DNA of 64,000 nt from Octopus sinensis (lineage: Eukaryota). Positions within the stretch are counted from its first letter, which is position 1. Every line of letters begins with the position of its first letter. A program made the position numbers and the translations under genes. The notes below the pieces were generated by a model. It did no database searches. It was not told the DNA's origin and saw only the letters and a list, made by a program, of their open reading frames with translations. The stretch covers positions 37,324,001-37,388,000 of the forward strand of contig NC_042999.1 in NCBI RefSeq assembly GCF_006345805.1, written 5' to 3'. Positions 26,455 through 40,255 of the stretch are shown piece by piece.

Positions 26455-27500
26455 CTTTTCTGCTCTAGGCACAAGGCCCGGAATTTTGGGGAGGGTGCCA
26501 GTCGATTAGATCGACCCCAGTACGTAACTGGTACTTACTTAATCGAACGCGAAACGATGAAAGGCAAAGTCGATCTCGGCGGAATTTGAACTCAGAACAT
26601 AAAGACAGACGAAATACCGCTAAACTTTTCACCCGGGATGTTAACTTTTCTTATTTTTTCTTACCCACAAGGGGCTAAACATAGCGGGGACACACAAGGA
26701 CAGACAAAGGGATTAGGTCGATTATATCGACCCCAGTGCGAAACTGGTACTTAATTTATCGACCCCAAAAGGATGAAAGGCAAAGTCAACCTCGGCGAAA
26801 TTTGAACTCAGAACATAAAGACAGACGAAATACCGCTAAATTTTTCGCCCGGGATGCTAACTTTTCTTATTTTTTTCTTACCCACAAGGGGCTAAACATA
26901 GCGGGGACACACAAGGACAGACAAAGGGATTAGGTCGATTATATCGACCCCAGTGCGAAACTGGTACTTAATTTATCGACCCCAAAAGGATGAAAGGCAA
27001 AGTCAACCTCGGCGAAATTTGAACTCAGAACATAAAGACAGACGAAATACCGCTAAATTTTTCGCCCGGGATGCTAACTTTTCTTATTTTTTCTTACCCA
27101 CAAGGGGCTAAACATAGCGGGGACACACAAGGACAGACAAAGGGATTAGGTCGATTATATCGACCCCAGTGCGAAACTGGTACTTAATTTATCGACCTCA
27201 AAAGGATGAAAGGCAAAGTCAACCTCGGCGGAATTTGAACTCAGAACATAAAGACAGACGAAATACCTATTTCTTTATTACCCACAAGGGGCTAAACATA
27301 GAGGGGACAAACAAGGACAGACATAGGTATTAAGTCGATTACATCGACCCCAGTGCGTAACTGGTGCTTAATTTATCGACCCCAAAAGGATGAAAGGCAA
27401 AGTCAACCTCGGCGGAATTTGAACTCAGAACATAAAGACAGAAGAAATACCGGTAAAAGTTTTCGCCCGGGGTGCTAACTTTTCTGCGTGCTTGCCGCCT
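26455..27500 (-). mobile_element. Head-to-tail array of ~5 family-D SINE units
   Basis: ttacccacaagggg recurs at 26661, 26878, 27094, 27278 (spacings 217, 216, 184). Confidence 0.9.
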
Positions 27501-28506
27501 TAATGCCTTTAATACTCTGACTCCGAAATGTTCTGATTTTGAATGTATTTTCCACCATATGCAATAGAAGTCAATTTACTGATAATCACTTTCTTCAGCT
27601 ATTTTTGATTGACTCAAAGACTGGAAAATTAATTAACTGAGAGTTGATTGCTTATTTATTTTAAAACAAATTTCCATCTTGTTTATTCTTTCTGTGTGAC
27701 TTTCTTTATAAAAGGATTTTTTTGTAATATATTCAAGACTGCATGATCATTAGTGATGTGATGTGACTTTAGATGAGTAATGAGATCTTCCGTCACTTAC
27801 GGCAGTGAACAATGTTTTGAAATTACCTTTTATAGCTGAATCAGACGAAAACGAAAAAAAAAAAAAAAAAAAAGAAAAAGAAAATCCGAAGTGGACAATA
27901 TCATTGCCGTTGCTGCAGCGTTTCTGAAATTCACGGAGGAAAGAGAGGAAGAAATAATAATTCACGGTTTACGGCAGCACATCAAGGCTATTGAATTATC
28001 TTCAAACAGAGTATCAGGTCACCACAGCTACAACAGAATAGATAGACACCGTTAAATGTACCAAAGAAGCCAGGATTATTCTTCTAAAGCAGGCGACGTA
28101 TATACTCTTAAGCGATTTGGTGGCGTATACTTGTCGAAAATTCTTTTTTCTCGCTGAACAATTAATTAGAAACGTCACATTACATCTTATTCTATACGAG
28201 CTGAGTAACCTGTTGTTGCCGGGCAATATTCACAATAAAATGCCTGTATTTCCATTTTTTTTTCGAGTCAAACCATATCTTGTCAAACCATATCTTCTCT
28301 GACGGATCTTCATGTCAAACCATATCTTCTCTTGATCAGGATAGATTTCTGCATTATGTGGGGCAACTTTATAACGACCCGATAAACTAAGCTTTTGTTT
28401 TTCCATTTGGTGCATAGACAAAGATTTTCTTAGCTTGCTGCTGATGCTTTGTGAGAGTCTTTCGACTCTGTCGCCCTAATGAAATTTCTTACCCACATGC
28501 ATATGC

Positions 28507-28551
<45 letters not shown>

Positions 28552-28653
28552 GCGTGACCGATATACATATGCAGAGTGAAAGAGAGTGTGGTAAATATAT
28601 ACAGAACAGAGCAAAGTTTACAAAAGTAAAGCGTAAATGAAAGAGATAGACAA

Positions 28654-28746
<93 letters not shown>

Positions 28747-29015
28747 TCTTCTGTTGCTGGCACAGATTGTGAAATTTAAAATTAAGTGAAAATTTTCAAA
28801 TTTGGTATATCGATGTACTTTTTCACGCTGAATCCGATTTTGTGATTCATTTATTTCAGAAAAGTTTTAGAAATATGTTACAGAGGTTTAAAGTTTGATA
28901 ATTTTATCTAGTCAGAAAACAGGATTTAGAAGGTAGCATTTTCTGTGTCATAAAATGGAGGCAAACATTAGAAGACGAAATCTTAAATAAAAAGAAAGCA
29001 ATTACATTTCATATG

Positions 29016-29067
<52 letters not shown>

Positions 29068-29164
29068 AACAGTATGCGTAAGAGGTATACATATAAAATC
29101 CTTTAAAATGTTTCAGCCCGAAAGCTGCGGCCATGCTGGGGTACCACCGTTGAAATGAGCTACA

Positions 29165-29600
29165 CTAGTATGTGAAACCACCTCTGATACGTGGCACTTG
29201 GTCAACAAGGGAGTTCGACGTCGCTGCACGCATCTGTGTTTCCTGCCGAGAGGTAGGTTCATCTGGAATCCCTGACAAGAAGAGATCGAGTTTAGTTTTA
29301 AAGAAACCTACATCCACACCAAGCAGGTCTCTCAGGCATTTAGGAAGGATATTGAAGAGCTGTGATCCCCTGAAACTCAAGCTGTTGCAGTATCTGGTCC
29401 TGTATTTTGATGGTGATTTTGGAATCTTTGGCACCATGCAATGGCGTCCCGTTCCGCTGTTGGGTAACTTTCAATGCCAAAATTCGGGACAAGACCCTCC
29501 AGGATTTTCCAGATGAATATCACTGCATATCTCACCCGCCTTCGCTCCAGGGAGAAGAGTTTTAATACTTTCAGTCTTTCCCTGTAGCTGATATACAGAC
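29165..29600 (-). mobile_element. CR1-like LINE 3' end
   Basis: CNSLSFRGSQLFNILPKCLRDL...FFKTKLDLFLSGIPDEPT. Confidence 0.8.
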
Positions 29601-30388
29601 AGAGAGTGATAAAGTTTGTCGTGAATATATTGAAAGAGGTGAAAGCGTAAAAGTGAGAGAGCCTGATGGAAACAGATTAAGAGTGGGCGATTTGGTGATC
29701 TAAAAGTTGAGTTTTTTCATAGCAAATTATATTTTTTGATTAGCTATAACCGAATATCTCTTCCCGTTGAGACGCAGATTTCGAAAATCAAATCTGTTTT
29801 TCTCGGGGATGCACCGTTTCGGAGCCTTTCGGGGCTGTACACACATACACTGTCATTCATATAGTAGACAAATGAGATAAAGGGATCAAAAATCCTTCTA
29901 TTATTTGTTTGTTATCAATAAGTCTGTTTATAATTTTGTTAATAAAAGGGGTCAAAATTGAAGAGATTTTCTGTGATTAACGTAGAGGAGTTTATTGTAT
30001 TTTCTTGGTCACAAAGATTTTTAAAATTTGAAAGACCTTCGTTGCTAGGAAAATACTTGAGAACAGGCAGACTCAGTAAGTAACTTTACTCATCATTGAC
30101 TGAATTAAAATTATCTCGATATTCAGTCTCCCAAGCACAAAACCCTCATTTTGCAGGTGTGTTAGACGTTTTCTTACAGTCAGTTTGGTGTCGCCTATAT
30201 GGCGTCGCTGTTTCGGCGCTGAGTTATTTGCCATCAGACATTTTAATGTCCCTCTCGTTCTTTCCTTTCTTACCTCTCTCGCTTTCTCTTTATCTCTCCC
30301 TTTTTTCTGTATGTGTGTGTGTGTATGTGTGTGTGTGTATGTGTGTGTGTGTGTGCAAGCATCTCGTTATTTTTGCATGTATGCGTAA

Positions 30389-30428
<40 letters not shown>

Positions 30429-31207
30429 ATTCTCTCTATCTGTACGTGTGGAGGCACATGGCCTAGTGGTTAGTTAGAGCAGCGGACTCGTGGTAGAGGG
30501 ATAGCGGGTTCGAATCTCAGACCGGGAGATGTGTGTGTTTATGAGCGAAACATGTCGGTGTTCACCTCCAGTGCCAAAACTGATTGAATGATCAGCCAGC
30601 CGTTCCAAATCGTCACCTCACCTATTCCTCTCATTCTGATTCGTCAATAGATTCAAGATATTCGTGATGGTGATATTCTTTAGAAAGAATGCAAGACACA
30701 TATCTTCCATTCTATGATGAAAAGGGATAGAAGCTGTACTTTGTGTAACTGTTCGAACCAAGAGAATCAAATCACACTTTTATTGCAGGTATTTGCTGCT
30801 CAAACAAAACACACCATCATCCTAAAGACAAAGATTTTAGTCAAATTCGTTGTCAGTCCACTATGATGGAGTGTAAGTCCATTATGAAGCAATCTGAATT
30901 ACAGGAAATTGTACGCTCCACTCCTTAAAGTAAAGTTAATCCATATAAATCTATGAAAAATAGCCAGAATCTTTTAGGAAGGGCGGCTAATCTTCCTCTG
31001 CTAGATGGCTCTAATATTAGAAATTGTAAGTACATGATAACCTCTCTAACCAGCTTCTACACAGCTTTCATATACTCAGCTTAATGCACAGTCTTCGAAG
31101 AGGATTCGAAGATATCGTAGAAGAAACTTGTCTAAGGTATCGTTTCGTGGGGTCGAATCTGGAATCACATAGTTGTATGCATTATAATATATATATATAA
31201 TATATAT

Positions 31208-31264
<57 letters not shown>

Positions 31265-31614
31265 TATATATATATGCATATATACATACATATATGTACA
31301 TACCTACATATATACGTATATATACGTGCATATATGGGTACAGGACATCAAAAAAACATTGAACACACTGAGAAACGAAAACATAAAAACAAAAACATAG
31401 AAACAAAATTTTTTTAAAACGACGAACAAAAAACAGAGAAACAAAACATAGAACACAAGGAATATTCCCCTTCTTCAGTTGTCCCTGTTTCATCAACTCC
31501 GCGTTTCGAAGGTAAGGACAAGACGCGACTTCATTGAAACTGTCCTTCCCGCAAAGCAAATTAAATAAAATTTTGGATTTTTTGCGGAGGGTGAAAGTGG
31601 TAACAAGAACAGGA

Positions 31615-31800
31615 CAGTTATCCAACTGACCACATTTGGAGCTTACTAATGTAACTCTCACAAGCTTTGCAAGATGCAAGTGTCCTGTCCTGGTATCCCA
31701 GTTTGCAGTCAAAATAAGCTAAATAGCAGCGCTTCAACAAAGGAGTAATATTGCTCTGAGAATCTGAAGGGTTAAATTGCAATCTGAAAATAAAGAAAAA
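31615..31800 (-). mobile_element. Probable DNA-transposon coding remnant
   Basis: CYLAYFDCKLGYQDRT...C..C...LQMW resembles the YFGCKLGDQDK motif of transposon-derived proteins; family not identified. Confidence 0.35.
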
Positions 31801-32036
31801 TATGTTAGATTTAATATTCATGTCTATATAAAGGAAGCATTTTCATTGGTAATATACTTTATCATTTACTTATGTTAATTCAAAGAAAGAAAAGTAACGT
31901 TTCTGTATAACTTCAGAATCTGATGTGGTAGATCTGACTAAAAACACCATGAATCACGATTTTTCAGATATATTTCGAAAAGGATACCATACAGTCGATA
32001 AAAAAAAAAAGTCATGCAGACTAGTGTTATAACATG

Positions 32037-32080
<44 letters not shown>

Positions 32081-32092
32081 TATATATATATA

Positions 32093-32144
<52 letters not shown>

Positions 32145-32262
32145 ATATATATTATATATATATATATAATATATATATATATATATGTAAGAAATTAAAG
32201 AAGGAAAATGCACGCGCTTTACATAGTTTTAATATAATTTTTTATATATCTTATATTGTATT

Positions 32263-32295
32263 TGTCGACCGGTTTCGCTTTCGCTAATCATGACA
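32263..32295 (-). ncRNA. Hammerhead fold, AUGAUUA core (A3-U8)
   Basis: TGTC-ATGATTA-GC(GAAA)GC-GAAA-CCGG-TC-GACA. Confidence 0.7.
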
Positions 32296-33359
32296 TTAAA
32301 ATTTATTTAGTTACATACATTCTTAAGAAAAAATTTTTTTGCCCATGTTGTGTGTGGAGTCTATGAATAAATTATTCAACAAGTAGAAAAATCTAAGGGG
32401 AGGTACTTGATTATCATTATTGTTGTGGGCAGGAGAAATAATTGTTCATCTTTCGGTGGGCGTTGGAAGAATATATAGATATACACAAAAATTCAAAAAC
32501 AAGAGTAGTGGGGAAAAATAATGTACAGTGATGGGTATGTAATCGTGAATTAAAATATGTATTGAGATCAAAGTTGGTTATGCGTACATATTTAGACGTA
32601 TTCTGTATTTTTCGATGAATAAATTTTATTTATTTAAACGTTCTTGTACAGAAATTAAATCGTTGCACTGATAGAAGGGGAAACTGTGAATTTTGGCTTG
32701 ATGTTATCTGTACATCCCTCAATGTGTTCACTTAAAGGAATCTACCTAAGCAATTTTCTAGACATCCTACTGAAATCCTTGCTGAAACACATCAAAAGTT
32801 TTATTAGAGACGATTTGAACATGCTGAAGTACCTATCAAAAGCAATTAGTGAAGAGGCATTATTGGTTTTCCTCGATGTTATCAATCTTTACACCAACAT
32901 CCCACATGACTATGGAATAAGAACAATCAAATTCTGGTTGCGAAAGTATCCCGAGGTACTTCCGGAATGCATAAATCAGGACTTTACAACTGAATCTTTA
33001 AAATTTATACTTCAGAACAATTATTTCCTATTTGATGACACCTGCTATCGTAAAAAATGCGGAATTGCGATGGCAACGAAAGCAACCCTGATAATAGGTT
33101 ATTTTTAATTCACCATGTATGAAGTGTCACTGCAAAAATATGGTTATCCATTTCACCATTACATAAGAGAAAACTGGAAAAGATACTGGATGTCTGTTTT
33201 ATCATTTGGAAGAAGACCATTGATAAACTTTTGGAATTCAAGTCAACACTAAATGATATAAATAGTAACAATCAATTCACAATGAAATATAACAAAGAAC
33301 AGCTCCCATTTTCGGGTATTATGATTAAAAAAAAGTCAACAACCAAATTATAACTGACA

Positions 33360-34288
33360 TCACTCTCTATATAAACGGCAGTTTGTCTGTCTGTGTGTCT
33401 GTGTGTCTGTTAGGTTGTACCCTCACCCTGACCACGGCTTTCAACCGATTCTGATGAAACTTGACACACACATAGCCCAATGTCATAATTCAAAACTAAC
33501 GCAGCGAAAATTTTGAAAATTCGACATGGGGTCGAGAATCAGAAACACAAACCACAGACTGTCTAGGGGACGCAACTCGACCTTTTTAACTCTCAACTCC
33601 ATCAATATTCAGCTACTTGAAGCTATTCCTGGTGATGTCCACGTCTACAAATCTACTGATAGGAAGCAGACCCCGCCGAGCTTGCCGATTATCCTGTTGA
33701 ATTCCTGAATTCACTTGAACTGCCAGGCCTGCCGCCACACATCCTGAAGTTAAAAGTCGGTGCGCCCATTATGCTCATCAGGAATGTGATTCCACCTAAA
33801 CAGTGCAACGGCACACGTCTGGTTGTGAAACATTTGCCACCACATTTAATGACGGCCACAATACTTACCCGTTGTGGGAAGGGAGAGGACGTCTTGATTC
33901 CACGCATGCACCTTCAACTGTCGGGCGCTGACCTACCAATCCACTTCAGGCGTTCTCAGTTTCCTGTTAAACTCTGCTTCGCAATGTCCATCAATAAATC
34001 CCAAGGCCAAACGCTACAAGTCGCTGGGTTACAGTTGGGCGAACAGTGCTTCGCCCACGGTCAACTCTACGTGGGCTGTTCACGCATTGGGAGGCGCAAT
34101 GATGTTTTCATGTTTTCGCCCAAAGGGACAGCTTGGAACATCGTATACACAGAAGTATTCGAGTGAAGAGAAGACATTGCAACCTACACATGCGCCTTCG
34201 TTCCCTAGAGGGAAAGGACTAGATTGGGATTAGTCGTTGCCTACTAGGGGCTCTTACATACCCGGGCAACGCTGGGCTATGCTGCTAG
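33360..34288 (+). mobile_element. Non-autonomous Helitron carrying a PIF1-helicase C-terminal fragment
   Basis: 5' TC, 3' hairpin cccgggcaacgctggg + CTAG, inserted at A|T; [18 protein letters not shown]...[20 protein letters not shown]...[10 protein letters not shown]. Confidence 0.92.
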
Positions 34289-35274
34289 TCTAACATAAAC
34301 CAACGGACTCGAAGCAATATCTCCTTTTTAGCTTCTGCCACCCGAAACACATCAAAATAGATATCCCATTAATTTGGCAAGGATTTGCACAATAGTGTCT
34401 GATGAAACTACTTGGGACCTTAGTCTTCAAGACCTCAGAACAATACTAACTGAAATACAATATCCACTCTCACTTATAGACGATGGAATTAAACGTGCCA
34501 AGAAATTAGACATAAAAACACTAAGGACAACAAAACATAACACCTCACTTCATCTCAAAATACTACTGTATATATTCACTCACAACCCTAGAAACAGTGA
34601 GGCATACAACAATATTGCGCAAAATCTTCCGTTACTAACTAGAGATCCAAAAATGAACCACATCCTGAAAGCATATAAATTCATCAAATCCATAAAGCAA
34701 TACAAATGGCTAAAGAGACTTCTAACAAATGCGAAGCTTTACGCATCAACCACGAAACCAACGGTTAAAAATGTGGACACCCAAACCGTGGAACATGCTC
34801 CGACTTACTTGAAGGCTCAGATTTCCTTTTCAAACAAGGAGAGAGATTCACAATTAAAACCAACTTCACTTGTGCCTCTGAGAATGTAATTTATGTAATA
34901 ACCTGGTCGGGTTGCTGACATCACTATATAGGACAGACAAGTATGACATTGAGACGGAGAACCACTCTACATAAAGAGCAGATCTAGTTCCCGCAATACA
35001 GACAGATTCCTTTAAGGGAACACAAAGGGATGTGTAGGTAACATCAAACAAAATTTCACAGTTCTCCCCTTCTATTAGTGCAAAGATAAGATTTCTAGAC
35101 AAGAACGTTTAAATAAAGAAAATTTATTCATCGAAAAATACAGAACACATCTAAATATACTTGCACAACCAACTTTGATCTCTATACATATTTCAATTCA
35201 AGATTACATACCTATCACTGTACATATTTCTCACCACTACTCTATCTTTTGAATTTTTGTGTGTGTATGTATAT

Positions 35275-35376
<102 letters not shown>

Positions 35377-35522
35377 TCTTCCCACCCCCACCGAAAGATG
35401 AACAATTATCTCTCCTGTCCACAACAATAACGATAATCAAGTACCCCCCTTAGATTTTTCTACACACAACATGGACAAACAAACATTTTTCTGAAGAAAA
35501 TACGTATTTAAATAAATTTTAA

Positions 35523-35555
35523 TGTCATGATTAGCGAAAGCGAAACCGGTCGACA
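35523..35555 (+). ncRNA. Hammerhead fold, AUGAUUA core (A3-U8), in the Penelope pseudo-LTR
   Basis: TGTC-ATGATTA-GC(GAAA)GC-GAAA-CCGG-TC-GACA; palindromic ACCGGT helix III, GUC triplet. Confidence 0.7.
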
Positions 35556-35789
35556 AATACAATATAAAATATATTAAAAGTTATATTAAAACTATGTAAA
35601 GTGTGTACATTTCTCTTCTTTAATTTCTTATATATATGTTACAATTCTCCACGTGGGGATAATCGAAAGTCCTCCCTTTCTGTTACACACATATACACAC
35701 ACAGACACACACATATATATATATATTGTAGTTTCAGCTCAGAGCTGTGGCCATGCTGGGGCACCGCCGTTTTGCTACACTCTTATTAT

Positions 35790-36324
35790 TGAGAGCCTCC
35801 TCTAATATGTATCATTTGGTGAATATGGGAGTTTGATATCGCTACCTTCATTTGCACCTCTTGCCGCGAGGTAAGCTCATCTGGGACTCTTGACAGGAAG
35901 ATAGTCCAGTTTTGATGTGAAAACAGCTACATTCACTTTGCATAGATCCCTCAGGCTCTTTCGGAGAATGTTAAAAAGCTGTAGGCCCCTGAAACTCAGG
36001 CTGTTACAGTAACTGATTCTGAAGCGCGATGGGATTGCTGAGATCTTTAGGACAGTGCAGTGTCAACACGTTCACGCATTTGTGTAACTTTCAATGCCAA
36101 AGTTTGGCACAATTCCTTCCAGGATTTTCCAGATGTATATTACTGCATACCTCTTCCGCCTTCGCTCCAGGGAATAGAGTCTTAGCTGAGCTGTTGCAAC
36201 GACACGATCTTCTTTGTGAAGCTTCACTGGATTGCTTCAAGGTCCGCTGTTAATTTTACACCCTTGGGTGATCATAGCTGGGAGCAGTAGTCCAGGCGTC
36301 TGAGGACGAATGTCCTCCAGAGGA

Positions 36325-36330
<6 letters not shown>
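35790..36330 (-). mobile_element. CR1-like LINE 3' fragment
   Basis: RLDYCSQL.SP...LEAIQ.SFTKKI; similar to 29165-29600. Confidence 0.75.
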
Positions 36331-36407
<77 letters not shown>

Positions 36408-36679
36408 GGCTTAGTAAAATAAATTACTTTGCCGCATACTGAACTCATTAGAAATAGCAGCTAAAAAACTTTTTTAAGGCTATTTCTAATACTTAAAGAA
36501 AATCTCTCTCATATATAGTGTTTGCTTAACTCAACTCACAAAAGTTTGGGGGTAAGGACATCGAAAAATCAAATGCTAAGGTTATTCGAGAACGTACGTT
36601 TCAAGATTAGTCAAAACAACATTTCTATCATCGGCTCAGAAATTCCTTACACACACACACACACACTCCTTTTTAGTTT

Positions 36680-37210
36680 CAGTCCGAGGACTGCAGGCAT
36701 GCTGGGACACCATCGTTTGCTTTGCTACACTTTCACTAAGCCTCCTCTGATGTGTGACATTTGGTGGATGAAGGAGTTTGACGTTGCTGCCCTCATCTGG
36801 GTTTCTTGCCTTGAGGTAGGTTCATCCGGAACTCTTAATAGAAGGAGATCCAGTTTTGTTTTGAAAACACCTACATCCATGCCATGCAGGTCTCTCAGGC
36901 TTTGTGGGAAGGTACTGAAGAGCTGTGAGCTCTTGAAGCCCAAGCTGTTTCAGAATCTGGTCCTGCATCCTGATGGCAATGTTGGGATATTTGGTACTAT
37001 GCAGTGGCGCCTCGTCTTGCTGTTTGTATAACTAACAATGCCAAAGTTTAGTACAAGTTTTTTTTAGAATTTTCCAGATGTATATTACTGCATATCTTTC
37101 CCACCTTCGTTCTAGGGAGCAGAGTCTTAACTATTTCAGTCTCTCCAAGTAGCTGATATGTCGCATTGTTTCGATATTTTTTTGTGTTGCTTCACTGGAT
37201 CGCCACTCAT
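36680..37210 (-). mobile_element. CR1-like LINE 3' fragment
   Basis: SSQLFSTFPQSLRDLHGMDVGVFKTKLDLLL.RVPDEPTSRQETQMRAATSNS. Confidence 0.8.
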
Positions 37211-37233
37211 TATTTGTGTTTCCTTGGAGGTAT

Positions 37234-37270
<37 letters not shown>

Positions 37271-37299
37271 CTTACACACACACACACACACACGCGCGC

Positions 37300-37338
<39 letters not shown>

Positions 37339-38146
37339 TACATACACGCACATATGTACACATGTATGTATATATGTATGTATGTTTACATGTATGCATA
37401 TATGTCCATGTTTATATGTATATATGTCTGGTCGCTCTTGAGTACTACTGGTACCATGTAGGCCAGTACAACCTGTTCCCTGGTCGGGTCGTCGGCGACT
37501 AAACTGGAAACCCCACCAGGTTTGCTTGGTGAGGTGAGTACTTGCTGAACATTCTGCGGGACAAAAAATAAGACCCGTCAAAGAGCAGAGAAACTACAAC
37601 ATAGTCAACGGCCATTCAACTACGTGTGTTTGTGGAGTGTTTGTGTATATGTATTGTATATATTTCATGTTAAACTCTCTGTGTGTATTGTATATATTGT
37701 ATTTCAGCATGTGTGTGTACATATTGTATATTGTGTTTTTAAATTGTATATATTGTATGTCAATCTTATTTTATCTCAATTTTTAATTTGTATTTATTTC
37801 TCTTATTTTAGTTTTTTTAATAAATAGATGAGGGGTGGATAGAGCTCCTCTATTTACCCAAGCCATGGTGAAGGTAGTCTATCTAGGAGCAAGTAACTCT
37901 GAATTTAAATAAAACCCTTGATTCAATAACACTGTGTATAAACTCTATACTTGGAATTACCAATTTTAAACATTATTGGATTTTACTCATAAGGTATTGG
38001 AATCTTATATGTATACAATTCTGCCTAAATAATGAATCTACAAATGCAATATCCCTGCATATCTCACATCTATTTTCATTCCACCACCTCACTCTCTATT
38101 TCGTATCTCATCTAAATTAACTATTGCTTAACCATCATCTCACACC

Positions 38147-38194
38147 GTCTCCGATGAAGGGATATAATAAATATCCTGGAAACAGCTGTAAGAC
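38147..38194 (+). ncRNA. Hammerhead fold with CCGAUGA core
   Basis: GTCT-CCGATGA-AGGGATAT(aataa)ATATCCTG-GAAA-CAGCTG-TA-AGAC. Confidence 0.55.
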
Positions 38195-38410
38195 CTTCTA
38201 TCTATAAATGTCCTAAAATCTACACAGCCTTGGTTTTTAATCTCATTACGATAAGAAAAAATTTTTTTATACACACGCTGATATATGACCTACGTTGGAC
38301 CCCTTATTCGCATAATCACCGAACCTGGAACTTAACTCTGGTTTATCCGTAACACTTATTCAGCATTACCTGACACGTTTGGGTCTCACTGACACCATTA
38401 CCTCTCATAA

Positions 38411-38453
<43 letters not shown>

Positions 38454-38485
38454 TTTATTTAAAGCAGCAGAAAATTCAACAAAAC

Positions 38486-38523
38486 CTGTTACTCTGAGTT
38501 TCACGTTCCCGTTCGTCGGACAG
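38486..38523 (-). ncRNA. Hammerhead fold with CCGACGA core
   Basis: CTGT-CCGACGA-ACG(GGAA)CGT-GAAA-CTC(A)GAG-TA-ACAG. Confidence 0.55.
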
Positions 38524-38555
38524 TTTTTGCTAGAATCTCTCACTCTATATATATA

Positions 38556-38664
<109 letters not shown>

Positions 38665-38666
38665 GC

Positions 38667-38700
<34 letters not shown>

Positions 38701-38701
38701 G

Positions 38702-38733
<32 letters not shown>

Positions 38734-38770
38734 CATACATACATACATACATACTTGCATGCATGCATAC

Positions 38771-38828
<58 letters not shown>

Positions 38829-39177
38829 TTGTAGTTGAGTAAATTACTCATTGGATAGCCGTGCCGGGTTCGAACCATGTCATATCCATCCTTTGGTCTA
38901 CTTCGTCGTTGTATCCTATCTGATAATATACGCGCAATGATTGCTGAGCAACAGTGTAATTTCAGTATCGTTCCACGTCAACACATAATCAATTCCAAGA
39001 GATTTACTCGATAATGTCGATAATTCTTGCAGAAATCCCTGTGAAAACGTCCATGTGTTTTGACAGCCTCACAATTCTGAGAAAATATATCGGAATTGGA
39101 AAATTAAAAAAAGCCAGAGGGCCATATCTTTTTTTTTTTTTTCGTTAATTCCTGTATCTGTAATGTGTAGTAGTAGT

Positions 39178-39560
39178 GGAGGCGCAATGGCCCAGTGGTT
39201 AGGGCAGCGGACTCGCGGTCATAGGATCGCGGTTTCGATTCCCAGACCGGGCGTTGTGAGTGTTTATTGAGCGAAAACACCTAAAAGCTCCACGTGGCTC
39301 CGGCAGGGATGGTGGTGATCCCTGCTGTACTCTTTCACCACAACTTTCTCTCACTCTTACTTCCTGTTTCTGTTGTACCTGTATTTCAAAGGGCCGGCCT
39401 TGTCACTCTCTGTGTCACGCTGAATATCCCCGAGAACTACGTTAAGGGTGCACGTGTCTGTGGAGTGCTCAGCCACTTACACGTTAATTTCATGAGCTGG
39501 CTGTTCCGTTGATTCGGATCAACCGGAACCCTCATCGTCGTAACCGACGGAGTGCTTCCA
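39178..39560 (+). mobile_element. tRNA-derived SINE, family C-prime
   Basis: Head ggcgcaatggcccagtggttagggc...ggtttcgattccc; matches 13386-13768. Confidence 0.85.
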
Positions 39561-40255
39561 TCCAATGTGACGCACAGTTATTGAACGAAAAAGAAAGGAA
39601 ACGTCAAAACATTTTATATACAGTTCTCGCTGCGAGACATTCTCTTCACCAAATGTCGAATGAGGATCGTAATAATTTCCCACATTATCTTTCCTTTTAT
39701 CGGTACCGAGCAGTTTTGATGCGTCAGGAAAAATCAGTGTTCTTTTACACAAATTCCTCGCATTGACTGCTTTTGTTGTTGCTATTGCTTTGTTTAATTT
39801 CACACATATATATATATTTCTTTACTACCCACAAGGGGCTAAACACAGATGGGACAAACAAGGACAGACAAACGGATTAAGTCGATTACATCGACCCCAG
39901 TGCGTAACTGGTACTTAATTTATCGACCCCGAAAGGATGGAAGGCAAAGTCGACCTCGACGGAATTTGAACTCAGAACGTAACGGCAGACGAAATTCTTA
40001 AAGGAGTTTCATATACAAGGTGGGCAAAAAGCCAAATGCACAAAATAAGTTCAATACACTTCAGAATCGTCAAAGATGTGCTTCAGTTTTTTTTTAATTG
40101 AATAAAATGCAAAAATAATCACGCTTACACACGTACTTGTACATGAAAGATAATAATAGACCGCGTGGTGTGTCGTGTTCTTGAGTAAAATATTCTGCAA
40201 TCACTTCGACACCTGACATTGATTTGATGGAGCGAGTGAGCTAATGTACATTACA

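Noticed and set aside
26455-27500. Regularly spaced repeats as a CRISPR-like array
   Set aside because: Units are whole ~217-bp SINE bodies with no unique spacers; eukaryotic context, no cas genes
27800-27923. Minus-strand exon with strong acceptor and gtaagt donor
   Set aside because: Contains a long poly-T run, no protein similarity and no partner exons
28268-28332. Three short gtcaaaccatatct repeats
   Set aside because: Local slippage duplication; no further structure
31480-31560. CTGAAGA plus hairpin on the minus strand
   Set aside because: Stem II is present but the GAAA and cleavage half is missing; at most a truncated relic
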